Source of the DNA: Adineta vaga
Lineage: Eukaryota > Animalia > Rotifera
DNA length: 64,000 nt
Direction: 5' to 3'
Assembly (NCBI GenBank): GCA_021613535.1
Contig: CP075493.1
Coordinates: 10,974,001 to 11,038,000 of the forward strand
The position numbers were made by a program, and so were the translations under genes. Position 1 is the first letter of the stretch, and each line of letters opens with the position of its first letter. Shown here one piece after another: positions 1 through 13,315 of this stretch. The notes beneath the pieces are model-generated. The model saw only the letters and a list, made by a program, of their open reading frames with translations, had not been told where the DNA came from and did no database searches.

Positions 1-1126
1 TCATTTACTTTTATTGATCCATTTGGAAATCAAACCATACATAAATATATGGATCATGAAATGATCAATGTAATCTTTAGAAAATATATCGAAGAATATA
101 TACCAAAATATTTAAAACAATGTATCAAATTTGCTCGAATGGTTCAAAGTCGTATTCTACCATTATATGATCATCAACTTCAATTAAATGCATCTGAGTT
201 TTGCGATAGTTATACATTTGTTGCATATACTGAAGTGACTGTTTGGATAGGTAATTACGAAAATTTATCATATAAACAATTAATAATACCAGTTCTTCTA
301 ACGGATATTATCGAAAAGATTCAAGAAGAATTAAAAAGGCGAACACGAACTACAAACATTGAATTAAAATCATTAACATCTGATCGAAATATACAACCGA
401 ATAAAGAAAAGTGGAATGACGGTAAAACACTTCTCTCCAGTGATACAATTATGTCATCTGAATTATATCAGAAGAATTCGATTGTAATGGCAAAATTGAT
501 AAAAATTAAAGTAGATTAGAAAATTATTCTTTTTCTTTGTATTTAATTTGATTCATTTTCTACGTCATTAGACAGCTGCAGCAGATTTGCATCCGAATAT
601 GCAACTATTTGTCAGAACTCTCACGAGTAGAGTTGTTACAATAGAAGTTCATTCAGAAACGACTATATCTGAAGTGAAAGAAATCTTACAAAATATGGAA
701 GGTATTAGTATTGATACACAACGTTTAATCTTTGCTGGAAAACAACTCGACGATGATAGAACTCTATCATATTATAATATACAAAAAGAATCGACATTAC
801 ATATGGTACTTCGTTTACGTGGTGGAATGTATCATTTTACTAGTGGCCGACAAGATTTTCAACATTTACCTCATGATAGCGCTGTATTAATCAAACATAT
901 TCTTCAATTCGAGTTTAAGGATATGAATGACATGATTAGTTTACCATCAAATGAATTCCAGAATGATATTTTACAAGCACAAATGCTTCTGTCGAAGTTA
1001 TATCATTCAATTAAAGATTATTCCATTGCAACTGATGCTCCAAATTTAAAAACTATTATACTTTCTACAAATATGGGTGATGAAGATAATGATCAGAAAG
1101 AAAATGTCTTTTCAAATAATGAATAA
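1..1126 (+). CDS. 5'-truncated protein with an internal ubiquitin domain and C-terminal extension
   Basis: Frame is open from base 1. Intron 511-571 (GT..AG) joins ORF 49-519 to ORF 587-1126 in frame. MQLFVRTLT...[36 protein letters not shown] is a ubiquitin fold with an intact LRGG. Confidence 0.85.
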
Positions 1127-1936
1127 TCGTCATATGAACAGATCAACTGTCGAGAGTATATACACGCAGAAGAGAAAAAAGCGTATAAACTTCAATATGA
1201 TAATTCTATCGAATAAGAAAATCATTTTCTTTGTGTCGTTCTATAAATAAATATTTACGCAAGCAAGATTCAAGAAAAGTAAATCAATACATTTCTTGCT
1301 TTCATAGGAATATAATGCGAAAACAGTCGATAGTCTTCACTATTCATTTAAGAACTATGTAATTATTACAATGATCTCATCAATTTGTGTGGTATTCTCA
1401 TGTGGAAGGACTTTTGAAATAGTAAGCATTGTTAATCGATGCCGAAATCTGTCATCATAGATATACGAATAAAACATGGATTTGAATTTTTCTACTTATA
1501 GAATAGAATAGAAGAGAAGAGATGTCTTCACATATACAGATATTCGTCTTTTTATTTCAATTTATTTAATATGAATAACAATAAGAAACGAAAAGCCACG
1601 TCTGTTCATCGTAATCCGATGACGAAAAAGAAATTTAATAATAATTATCAGTACATGTAAACTTTCTCTTACAGGTATAATATGTAAATATATGATTTTC
1701 CTTTTTTTAGAATATCGATTGAAATATTATCTAATGAGATTTTTTTGAATATATTTGATTATCTCGAAGCATTTGAAATCCATCATGCATTTTCAAATCT
1801 TAATGATCGTTTTCACCAACTTTTACATTGTCCAGCACTTCGATTGAAAATTAAATTAACCTATGGATCGGCCGGAGAAATATTTGCGAAAAATCACAAA
1901 TCATTATTATTTTCTTATCAAAATCAAATTTGTTCC

Positions 1937-2568
1937 GGCTATTTCCATGGTACTTGTGACAAAAAAACACAACATTCACCAAAACGTTTGAAACTTTCAG
2001 GGCTCGTGTAATAGTCACTTCTAAGACTTTTTTGCTCTTGGACAAAAGTTATACGATGTCTTGTTCAAGAGTTGTAGCCCAAACACCAAACACCCTCCGG
2101 AACGATTTTTTAAAGTATCTAATTCTTTATAACACTGCTAGTTTTGCACTACTTTGTGCTATAGAGATTCTGATGATAGATTTGGATTCCTCATCATCAG
2201 GGCTACCAGAATCACTATTTTGAGAAAAATTTTGGACTCATCTCTGAACGACGGAGCTCTGGAAACCCCTTTCAACAGCCGAGTATTCCAGGCTCAAAAA
2301 CTCCATAAATAGAGAACTCTGAACTTCGCGAAGTATCTCATTTGATAGAGAATCAAAAGATCTATCGAACCATATGTGCGCCGTCGGGGGGGAGTAAGAT
2401 TTCACCGAGATAGGGTCTCCATAAAACTGATATGGGTTTTTGAAAAATCATAAACTCTTTTTTGTCAAATTGAACCAAAAATATCAGAAAAAACTTTATT
2501 ATATGGATCATGGCGTAGTGGTACGTAGAAGATCGCTTAGATCCATCAAGATTCTACAAAGGTCTCTG
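1937..2568 (+). repeat. Left terminal inverted repeat (632 bp)
   Basis: Reverse complement of 2951-3582; no mismatch seen in the segments compared by eye. Confidence 0.93.
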
Positions 2569-2950
2569 GAGAACTATCTCAGATCTATACTATTTTCCAT
2601 TGATACATGTATTAATAGATCAGTACTGCAATGTTAATACTTTAATTATAAGAAAAGCCTGGTTCTGCAAGTACGAGAAGAAAAAGAAACCGCGGAAGAA
2701 CTTGTTGAAGTGTGAATGTTTCTGAGTCTGAGCTACTGAATAATGGAACACATACTTGAAGAAACAAACCAAACCACACACAGAATCGAACAAAAAAAGA
2801 GTAGGAGATAAAATAACATAGAACAAGGGAAGGCCAGTTAGACGAAAAGGCACAGTTTTAAAGGCATGATCAAGTAATCTTCTGCTACCCTTTCGCATCA
2901 TTTTCAAATTCTTACGTGGTTTCAATAAAGTTAGCACCAAGGTAATTCTA

Positions 2951-3582
2951 CAGAGACCTTTGTAGAATCTTGATGGATCTAAGCGATCTTCTACGTACCA
3001 CTACGCCATGATCCATATAATAAAGTTTTTTCTGATATTTTTGGTTCAATTTGACAAAAAAGAGTTTATGATTTTTCAAAAACCCATATCAGTTTTATGG
3101 AGACCCTATCTCGGTGAAATCTTACTCCCCCCCGACGGCGCACATATGGTTCGATAGATCTTTTGATTCTCTATCAAATGAGATACTTCGCGAAGTTCAG
3201 AGTTCTCTATTTATGGAGTTTTTGAGCCTGGAATACTCGGCTGTTGAAAGGGGTTTCCAGAGCTCCGTCGTTCAGAGATGAGTCCAAAATTTTTCTCAAA
3301 ATAGTGATTCTGGTAGCCCTGATGATGAGGAATCCAAATCTATCATCAGAATCTCTATAGCACAAAGTAGTGCAAAACTAGCAGTGTTATAAAGAATTAG
3401 ATACTTTAAAAAATCGTTCCGGAGGGTGTTTGGTGTTTGGGCTACAACTCTTGAACAAGACATCGTATAACTTTTGTCCAAGAGCAAAAAAGTCTTAGAA
3501 GTGACTATTACACGAGCCCTGAAAGTTTCAAACGTTTTGGTGAATGTTGTGTTTTTTTGTCACAAGTACCATGGAAATAGCC
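2951..3582 (-). repeat. Right terminal inverted repeat (632 bp)
   Basis: Reverse complement of 1937-2568. Confidence 0.93.
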
Positions 3583-5409
3583 TTCCATATTCTTACAATC
3601 ATTTTCTTATATCGATGCATTTCTTTCATCCATGAAAATCTCTTCATCATTTCAACGTCTCGAATCGATTATTCTAGGAGAAATGAAACCAAATAAACTT
3701 AACCACGTCTTTTCTCATTAGAAATCGAGACATCAGATTCTTTGAAAGATTTAAATTCTATTTATAAATTATGTTTTAAGTTACCGAAATTAAAATCATT
3801 AAAATTTTCAGCATATGAACACAATAACTATACTCCATCAACTTCATTACCAATGGTAATCATCAACGAATAATTCAGTCGTATTGAAGATTTAATAATT
3901 AATCATTCATGTACTTTTCAAGAATGTGCAACTATTATTTCTCATTTGCCTAAAATCGGTTCTCTATTTCTTACAAAATTGATTGAAAATAAACCAAATG
4001 AAAGAATTCTACCAATCAAATCATCGACTTTAACTCGTTTGATTCTCGATGAATATGATATCCCATTCAATGAATTGGAAATATTTCTACAAAATATCGA
4101 TGCAAAATTACATGTTCTATCATTGGATCTTGAATCAAACGATTTTAATTATCTTCATGATCAACGTTACGAAAATTTGATCTTAAATTATTTTCCACAA
4201 TTGAAAAAATTCTATTTGAAATATCGTCTGTTTAGAGAGTACGATGAAGATTATGATTTTATCTTATATTCAATTGAACCATATGAGTATATGTTGATAA
4301 ATGATTGTTTAATATAAATTTTTTTCATTTCTGTTGTTTTTCGATATAGAAAACAAAGGTATGCAGATTACGGTCAACAACTTCAATTGGATCTTTTACC
4401 TACGGATGAATTTTGGGAATTCTTTATCATGGATAATAATCATGCATCAGATATAGCACAAATCAAACATTTAATTATCTCGGAAAAAAATCTTTTTATT
4501 GGTTTATTGCTTGATCTGATGGATTTAATACCTGAACTTCTTTCATTAAAACTACATTCAATAGCATTAGATCGTTCAAAAAGATCATTAAATCAAAATC
4601 AAGTAGATCTTTTATGTTCATCGGAAGATTCGATTCGAATTGCAAAAGTTTATCTGGAAAAAATGAATGTTATTGAAGAGATCTTCTTTCTTCTGACACT
4701 TTGTCCGCATATGACTTATTTGAAAATTGATGATATTAATAATATCAATGTGGAAGTCTTTTTTCGACTTATATTATCAAAAAATCAATTTGAAGATAAT
4801 AAAAGTCGTCGTTCAATATGTATTCATCGTATTCGAGGAGCAGATGATAAAATGATAAGTGAACTGAACAAGATGATTAATGTCGAAAAACTATTGATTA
4901 ATTATAATATTCAACGTAGTAATGAACAGCTTTATTTACAATGGAATTGATTTAGCAAGGATTGTTTTTTTCAAATAAAAACTGATAATTATTTTACTGA
5001 TATAATTGTATACTAAACAATAACTTTTCTTTTTCATCGAATGAAGTGAAGGATCAAAACCGCGATTGTTCAACATTTATAGAAATGTCCTGTGTATTGG
5101 TTTTATTACAATAAGGAGGTTTTTCGGTTGAGAGGGGAAGAGGCAAATCTCCTCCAAAGCGTTCAATTTTCGTCTAAACTTCGAATTACGTTCTGCAAAG
5201 ATTTTGATATTCTTTTACAAATACATTGTGTGCATGAAAAAACTTGATTCAAGATGTGTCCATCACGCTTTGTATTGGAATCGAAATGATGATTATTAAA
5301 TTTTTGTTTGCGAATAAACAAACACTAACGGTCAGCGGTTTTTTACTTGTGAACAATATATCAACATCATAGTAAACATTTTAAAAAGTATCACTTCTTC
5401 ATATTTTAG

Positions 5410-5668
5410 TTTATCAGCATCTCATGATTTTCTTCATCAAATAGTAGGACCTTTTCGAATTTATTATCAAACAACAAGATGGTTATTTGGAAATGATTTT
5501 ATTCCATTTGCTACAGTTGAAACTGAAGAAATACATCCTCTAAGTATTCTTATCATTAATAACTACGAATCCATTCGATTATTTCTTATGACTGTTTTTG
5601 GCATCATAAAATTAATATTCATCGTCTCCATCGTTTATTTAACAAGACGTATTTTGTATAGACTATAA
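5410..5668 (+). other. Possible terminal exon or remnant of a small tail-anchored membrane protein
   Basis: Stop-free frame LSASHDFLHQIVGPF...IRLFLMTVFGIIKLIFIVSIVYLTRRILYRL* after a TTTTAG acceptor. No clear start codon; not in the ORF track. Confidence 0.3.
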
Positions 5669-6044
5669 AAAGAACTATTCTATATTGAACTTTAATTCTC
5701 TATCTATGTTCACGAGTTTTACTAACGTGTCTGTATAAATTTTCTCATCATTCAAGAAAAAAAAGGTATCTAACTATTTTGTTTTCAATAACATTTAATA
5801 AATTGATTGTCGTCAGAAAGAAATGGTAGCGTATTTTCTTTAAAAAAATTATATTACTGCTTTCATTCACTACGGGACGATTCGTTGTTAGTTTTGTTTT
5901 TTTCCCATCAAAAACGATGGAACGAATGTTGACATAATCATAAATGCACGTAGGGAAATTACGGTAAAATTAATTACTTCACAGTTGCTAGCGAGAAGTA
6001 ACATATATGTCGCAGAAAACTACGAAGTTGATCATTCAATAACG

Positions 6045-8855
6045 ATGCTTTTGATAAAAATATTACTTTCTTTTCATTTGATTCATACAGTATTACTATA
6101 TACCAAAGTATCCACTGACTATGATCTGTATGGTATCAAAATTGGTATCAATGATCATTTTATGATCTGTTGTGATAATATACTTTTACTTTGGTGGATT
6201 GAATTCATTCCTCATACGAATCATTCCAGTTGCACACTCTCGTATAATTTAACAACGTGTGATTTTATCTACAGTATTACTGTTCCAGTTACAAATAATA
6301 TTTCCTTTGTTTATAATTGTATTGATCATCAAGGAAACAATGTCATCGGTCATATTAGTGGCAATGATATGTGTGGTTTTATCTTAATCAATGAAAAAAT
6401 TGTTTCTAATTATTCTACACAAGATAACTTTGTGATTGATATAGATGGACAAGGTACAGGTGTCTATGGTTTTGCAGATGATTTTATATTCTTTTATGAA
6501 CTCTATCCAACGTATCAACTAGTCGTATGGTCAAACAATCTTGATCTTTCTCCTCGAGCAATTGATATTGGTACAAATCAAGAATATGCTGTTATTGTCG
6601 GCTATTGTCAATCAACACCAACATCTGCAAATGAATGTGGTTACCTTATTCAATTAAATACATCCCTATCGTCGCCTTCTATTACACATCAATTTCATAT
6701 TACTGATAGTTTAAAATATCCCTGGAGTGATCCTCGTTCTATTCATTATATTCCACAAAGTCGACTATATACAGAACAATTCGTTTTATCTGTATCTCTA
6801 GCATGGCATATTCAACGTGTTCTCATTGGTATTCCTGCATTGAATACTGTTTTACTATATTCATTGAATAATACTCAAATTCCTCTTTGCATTCGTCAGA
6901 ATGGTATTGGATTTATGGGTTACGGTAAAAGTGTTACATGGTTAGGTTCGAATGGTTCGAAAGCAGCCGTTCTAGCAAATATTTATACATATTCTACTTA
7001 TCAATGGATTTCATCATCAGTACATCTCTATGACATTGAATCGGATGACTTCTCTGATTCAACACAACCGATTTTTGTCTATCCGAATAGTCAACAAATT
7101 CTTCAGTTATTAACCGATCCATGCATGATTCGTATTACAAGCTCGCCGACTGGTCATTTAGGTGTTTTCGATCGTTTAGGTAACGCACTTGGTATGCTTT
7201 CAGTACCAGCAGGTACATATTCGGATACAAACAGAACTGCATACATAACGAGCCCTGTACCTTGTACTCGTGGTACGAATCGTGATTATGCTGGAATCGA
7301 ATTATGTTATCCTTATTCTTCATCGTCGGATAATTGTTCTCAAAATATGTTTTGTCCTTATGGAGCAGTAGGTGAAGTTTCTTATTCAGCATTTGAATCA
7401 ATTGAACAAGATCACGAATATCCTGAATCACCTGAAAATGTTGTTTTTGATGATATACTCATGCAAAATATGTTCATGTTTGATATCACATCAACTCATT
7501 GTTTACTTGTATCACCGATTACTTGGGTACTTTCCGTCATGACAATTAGTTTTATTGTTGCAATTATTGTGATCATTTCAGAAGCATTCTGCTCGCATCA
7601 ACATACGATCCGTGATGGAATTAAGGGAATATTCAAGAAAATGGATCTTATCGGCGAAGGAGAAGTATTTTGATTTCGTTCACTATTGCATTCCAATTCA
7701 AAATAACATTTTCTTTTCTAACTATTTAGTTATGGATCGGTGGTTTAACTTCAGCTGCTATCATTGTTCTGATTATATCAGCATATAGTTTTTCCAATTC
7801 ATATCTTCATCAATATCCTATCGAACAAGTTACTCGAAATAGTTCATTTGCATGTGATGTTACATTACGTAATGCTAAATTTAGTACATCAACACAAAAA
7901 AGATGGGATTCTCGTCATACTACAAAGGAAAGTCAATCGATGTTTGATTTATTGAATGCACAACCGTTTACACTTAATATTGATCTTGTTCAAACAGCAT
8001 TTACATGTGATGATTTCTTTTATGTACAACGTCTTCATGGAAATAAAGTTATTTCTTTATCCATAACGAAATGTGAAATGAATTACAATGATACTATTCT
8101 AAGTTTAGCTATTCTACTTCCAGTACATGAGATTAATGTTCAACTTATATTACCTGGTTTGAAAACAATTGGAGCTATTCGAGTTGGTTTAAGTGGGCCT
8201 TCAGCAGAAGCAGACAATGGAAGGTATGAGACAGAGAGAGAAATAGAGTAGTTTTATTTTCGTCTTTTTCTTATTGAAAAGATTTCAACTCGTGGAACTG
8301 AAATTTGCTTCAACATTTCTTTCATCATCACTGAATCAAGTTCTTGCTGAATCGATTATCTTTCCAATTGAATTAACACAGGTTATTAATCAAACGGATC
8401 CTTTGAACACTCATGAATCACCAACATTCAGTGGTATTTGGTCATCATCATTTAGTGTTAATTCCGATGAACTTTTTACAAATGAAAGTCGATATACATT
8501 CTTCTATCGTACACAGACCAATATCAGTATTATTATTGAACAGAGTATTTTCTATATCAGTAATTTACAACAACCAATTGCTCGACAAACAGAAATAATC
8601 TTTCGTAGTCTTCTGTTTACTACAGTTGTCTTAGAAGTTTTCGCTTTATTATTTCTTATTTTGAAACTATTGATCATTCCATTATTTCGTACAATTACGA
8701 ATCGTATCTGTCGAAAACCTCAAACGCATGAATCGATTCAACCTGAAAAAGTAGTTGTTATCGTCATGAAAGATAACAAATCAACATCGTTTGTCAAAGA
8801 AAAACCTTTTCGTAGATGGTCAACAATAATCGAGATTAAAGACACTAAATACTAA
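6045..8855 (+). CDS. Large multi-pass membrane protein with a beta-rich ectodomain and Cys-rich (PCxxGT, FCPYG) segment; function unknown
   Basis: Signal peptide MLLIKILLSF... Exons about 6045-7664, 7730-8223 and 8282-8855 with GT-AG introns. Three hydrophobic helices; MDLIGEGE|LWIGGL splices in frame. Confidence 0.75.
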
Positions 8856-9221
8856 AATTATGTAATATTACCGGACAAAAAAACAATTGAGATTCTCTTC
8901 GAATAAGTATATAGAATCACATTACTTTTTTCTTTATCAGTATTCTCGATCATACCGTATAAGCATTGAATATAAAAGAATGGACAGAACAAAATATTTT
9001 TATGTACATAAAAGAACAATATTGACAATTCTAATATTATTCAAAAAAAGTATACCTTTTCTGAATAAATAGAATTAGTATATCAACTACATAAGAATAT
9101 GTTTGTTGAATGAATAACATCAATACTTTGATTTCATATGCGAACATTTTCAATTTCAATATTGATTCTATTTTTACCTTTCATATGACAGTAGCACCTT
9201 CATTCTAATATTGCCGTTAAC

Positions 9222-11267
9222 ATGACTCGATATCGAAACTTTCGAGAGAAATTTCGTATTAGACATTCGACAAGCACTCCATCCAAATCATCGAATTCTA
9301 AAAAACGATCAAAACCGCATATAATAACATGTACCAAGCTAATTCTTTCTGCTTCTGTTCCTATAATGATTGCCATATTTACAGTTATTTCCTATGTTCA
9401 ACAAATGGAAATAGCCGAAGAAAATCGTCAAAAAGACGAACGTTTAGCTAATGCAACACGTGAAAAAGATCTTGAAATTGCCAATTTAACACGTTTACAA
9501 GATCAAATTATTGCTAATATGACACGTCATCATGATCTTCAATTGGCTAATTTAACACAAACTAAAGATTGGGAAATTGCTATGGCTAATTTAGAAATTG
9601 CTAATCAAACTAAAATTCAAGATCGTCAAATTGCTGAAGAAAATCGTGATGAAGATCGTGCACAACAACAAGATATTCATTATGAAACACTCTATTTAAA
9701 ATATATTGAAGATATATCAACTGTACTTTATAAACAACCATTCAATCAATCAACATTTACAAATGAAGAAAAGAAAATGCTCTATATTCGTCGAAAGACA
9801 TTAATTACATTACGATCGATTGATAGTGAACGACGAAGTCATTTATTTATATTTCTTCATGAAAATAATCTATTACCTGATCGATTATATTCAAATCTAA
9901 CAGTATCGTTAGTTCGAGCTGATCTACGAAATATTTTTATTGAAAGTCCATTGACAGGTCCGTATGAATTCAATTCATTAATTTTAGAATCACTTAATTT
10001 AATGAATGCAACATTTATTGGTTGTAAATTTAACGGTAAAACTAATTTTAGTGGTTCAATTATGACAAATATCAAATTTATTCGTGTTCATTTCGAGGAT
10101 AAACTAACTGCCTATGAAGTAAAATTAACAAATGCATCGTTTATTGATTGTACTTTTCGAGATATTGATTTGAAAGGAAGTGACTTGTCCCATGCAAAAT
10201 TCATTCGATCAAGTTTCAAAGAAATTTCTCTATTAGATAGTAATTCTACATCTGCAGTATTTACTGATTGTATATTCATTGGTGCAACAAGATTTTTCGG
10301 TTCAGAAATGCGTAGTATTACTTTCGAAAATTCTATATTTAATGGCAATCATGTACATGAATTTGCTGAATTATATTTAGATTATTCGTATTTTTCTAAT
10401 ACAACAATACGAAATACACATTTTAAAAATTCACATATTTCCTATACAAATTTTAGTCATTCTTATTTATATTATGTTCAATTTACAATCGTTTTTTTTG
10501 CAAATTCCTATTTTGAAAATTCAAATTTAACTTCAGTTGATTTTTCTCAAGTCGATCTAATCAATTCAAAGATCGATCTTAATAATTCTGAAAATACATT
10601 ACAATTTTATAATGTTATTTTACCAAATGGTACTTGGTTAATCAATACTGATAATCTTGTAACAGATGGAAATGCTGAAGAAAATGTAAGTAGATCGTTA
10701 TTAGAATGAACTATAAAAGAATTTATATTTTAGTGCATGAGTTTCACGAGAAAAAAGAATCAATTATCATGGACAAACGAAATTGGTTCGCCAATTGCGT
10801 ATATTTTACAAGCTGTTAATTCAATAACAGGACATTGTTCGTTCAAATGTAAAGATGAAAAGCCATGTTCAATGTGGCAATATATTGTACTCACTTCATT
10901 TATGTTGTTTATTGAAAGAAGAGAAGTGCCGTACAGCATCTCGGCATATTTTGGTACTGATAATGAATGTGTTGAAGGAAAGATTCATATTTCGATTTCA
11001 ACATATCATGGTACATTTAAACGAGAATTTTCTAATCCTTGTAAGAGAAAATGCGACATTTTAGACGATATAATTCTCTTTTTCCTTTTTGCTATAGATA
11101 TTAAATCGTCAACGAAGTCTATAGAATGGAAGAAACACGAAGATGTATACAAACTACCAAAAATAAAGGAAGATTTGTATTATATTCGAGTAACATTTGA
11201 CGAACGTTCGATTGCTTGTTATGTTGATAATATTGAATTTCGTCTAAGAAAAATAAATGAACTGTAA
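9222..11267 (+). CDS. Membrane-anchored pentapeptide-repeat protein with an 11-residue-repeat stalk
   Basis: Basic N-terminus, TM helix, IAN[LM]T repeats, then ADLRN/ASFID/SDLSH/AKFIR pentapeptide repeats. LPNGT and a spliced C-terminal domain follow (introns near 10686-10733 and 11041-11097). Confidence 0.8.
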
Positions 11268-11453
11268 CGTAAGATATAACAGATACAGCTTTGATTGAGC
11301 AGAAGAAGAAAAAAACATCAGATGAGTATATCGAAATTTTTTTATTTGTTAAACTTTCTCCAATCACAGATCGATGTTGTGAAATAACTGATGCATGTGA
11401 AAATATTTTTGACATTTGAAAAAAAAAACGAAAAAATTAATATTAATTATAAA

Positions 11454-13157
11454 ATGGGAAGAAAACGACGACAACAAATATGTTCAGCATTTTTGGAAGA
11501 TCTACCTAATGAATTATTTGCTGAGATATTTTCCTATTTAAATGGTATCGATGCAATATTTGCTTTTACAAAATTAAATTTTCGTTTTGAAAAACTTCTA
11601 CATAAATATTGTGAACATTTTGATTTTAAATTTATTAGTAAATTCAAATTTGATCTTGTATATCAATATAACAAAACACAACAATGGAAATCATTGCAAA
11701 TATCTGATGATGCATTTGGTCTCGTCGACTATTTCTCTGAAGTTTATACTTTCAGCATTGATTTTTCTCTATTAAAATCATTGACTATTATTAATCTAAA
11801 TTTACGAAAATCGTATTCAATTTTAACGCAAATTTCTTCTCTACAAAATCTTGTTTCATTAACAATTAAATCTCAATGTGGTGAACTAATGCCTCCATTG
11901 CATCTTCCAAATTTAAAAAGATTTGTACTTAGTTCTTGTTCATATATTGATTGGATCAAAGTAAATTTTTGAAAAACTCTTCAACAAATACATCACTTTC
12001 TTTCTTAGGATTTTACACAACTTCAAACAATGGAACATATGATTTCAAATTGTCATTGGTTTCATAATGATCTAATATGGCCATCAACATTAACACATTT
12101 TAAACTTATCTTTGAGTTTTCTATAGACTGGAATAGTGTACAACGTTCTCTCGTTCGTTTAGTTTTATTAAATACACTTGAAATCTATCAAAAACTAAGA
12201 GGAAATGATCCACCCAATGGTCAAATATGGGGAAATCTAATTCGTTCATCCTTACCATTATTAAAAACATTCAAATTTTACTTTCAATTCTGTCACTGTG
12301 TCCATTTACCCAACTCAATAGAAGAAATTATCGCATCATTTTCGACTTCATTCTATACATTGGAGAAGAAATGGTTTATTCGTTGTGATACATCTCAATA
12401 CTATTATGCACTTCTCTACTCTCTTCCCTTTCCATTTGAAATGCTTACAGTTTTACAAGGTTCAAACATTCGATCGATTACAACTTTACCGAATGATATA
12501 ACTTATTCGAATATATTTTCAAATATTAAAACACTTCAAATTTGGTATCAAACATCCGAACCGAATGATGATTTTCAAAGAAACAACATCGTTAATTTAT
12601 TAATTGCTAATGATTTTCCTGCAATAAAATGGATGCATGTATTAAATAATCTACAACATTTAGAAATGGACTATCCTCTAACAATGTCTCCAAACAATTT
12701 TCTTTATTTACTGGAAAATGCACCACATTTATGTTCATTAGTAACAGGACAACGAATTTTAGAATTAGCAACAGAACATTGGAGAAATATTTCAATATGT
12801 AATCAATTGTCTCAAAAGATTGTCTCATTAAAATTTTCTGGAAGATATGGAACATTAGAATGTATACGTCACAATGTAATCCCGAAAATTAGTGAAATAT
12901 TTTCTTCAAGATGTCAACATTTATCGTTATCTGTTCCACAATTATCAGTTAGTATTATTTATTTGATATTGAATATGTCTCAACTTCAAAGTTTACATAT
13001 TGCTCTATCGGATCAAACAAATCCGATCATTGATATAACATGGCTAGAAAAACAACAAACAATATTCAACAATTCAAACTGTATGATTTTTAGTGATAAT
13101 GTCAATGTTCATTTTTGGTTAGGAAAGCGTCCATCACACAAAAAAGCATTTCGTTAA
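11454..13157 (+). CDS. F-box/LRR-like protein
   Basis: LEDLPNELFAEIFSYL F-box-like motif and LRR-like LxxLxL segments. Intron 11961-12008 joins ORFs 11391-11972 and 12030-13157. Confidence 0.85.
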
Positions 13158-13315
13158 AGTAGTATGACGTCATGTCAAGTTTTTAGTACTAAAAGATATA
13201 AGAAAAAAAAACATGAAATCTAACAATCTATATAGCTATTCAGCTAGCATGCGCTAGTTGATAATAAAAATGAAGTAAAAAAGATCATCATAATAGATGT
13301 TCGAGTATAATTGGA

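Larger units (their letters stand above)
1937..3582. mobile_element. Non-autonomous foldback DNA transposon, 1646 bp, 632-bp TIRs, 4-bp TSD TTCC
   Basis: 1937-2568 is the reverse complement of 2951-3582; the identical 63-aa ORFs 2032-2223(+) and 3296-3487(-) confirm this. Termini are GGCTATTTCC..GGAAATAGCC, with TTCC at 1933-1936 and 3583-3586. The empty site restores the host frame. No transposase in the 382-bp core. Confidence 0.95.
1571..4950 (+). pseudogene. F-box/LRR-like gene disrupted by a transposon insertion, a frameshift and a nonsense codon
   Basis: F-box-like start IEILSNEIFLNIFDYL. Removing 1937-3586 restores NQICS|IFLQSFSY...FQRLESIIL. Frameshift near 3700, in-frame TAA at 3871-3873, then LRR-like ORFs 3946-4317 and 4387-4950. 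Confidence 0.85.

Noticed and set aside
2032-3487. Two identical 63-aa ORFs and other short ORFs in the element as genes or transposase
   Set aside because: They are mirror readings of the TIRs with no DDE or other motif; the core has only short stop-interrupted frames.
1937-3582. Palindrome as a read-foldback assembly artefact
   Set aside because: It has a unique 382-bp core and a TSD, and the host frame is restored on removal, as expected for a true insertion.
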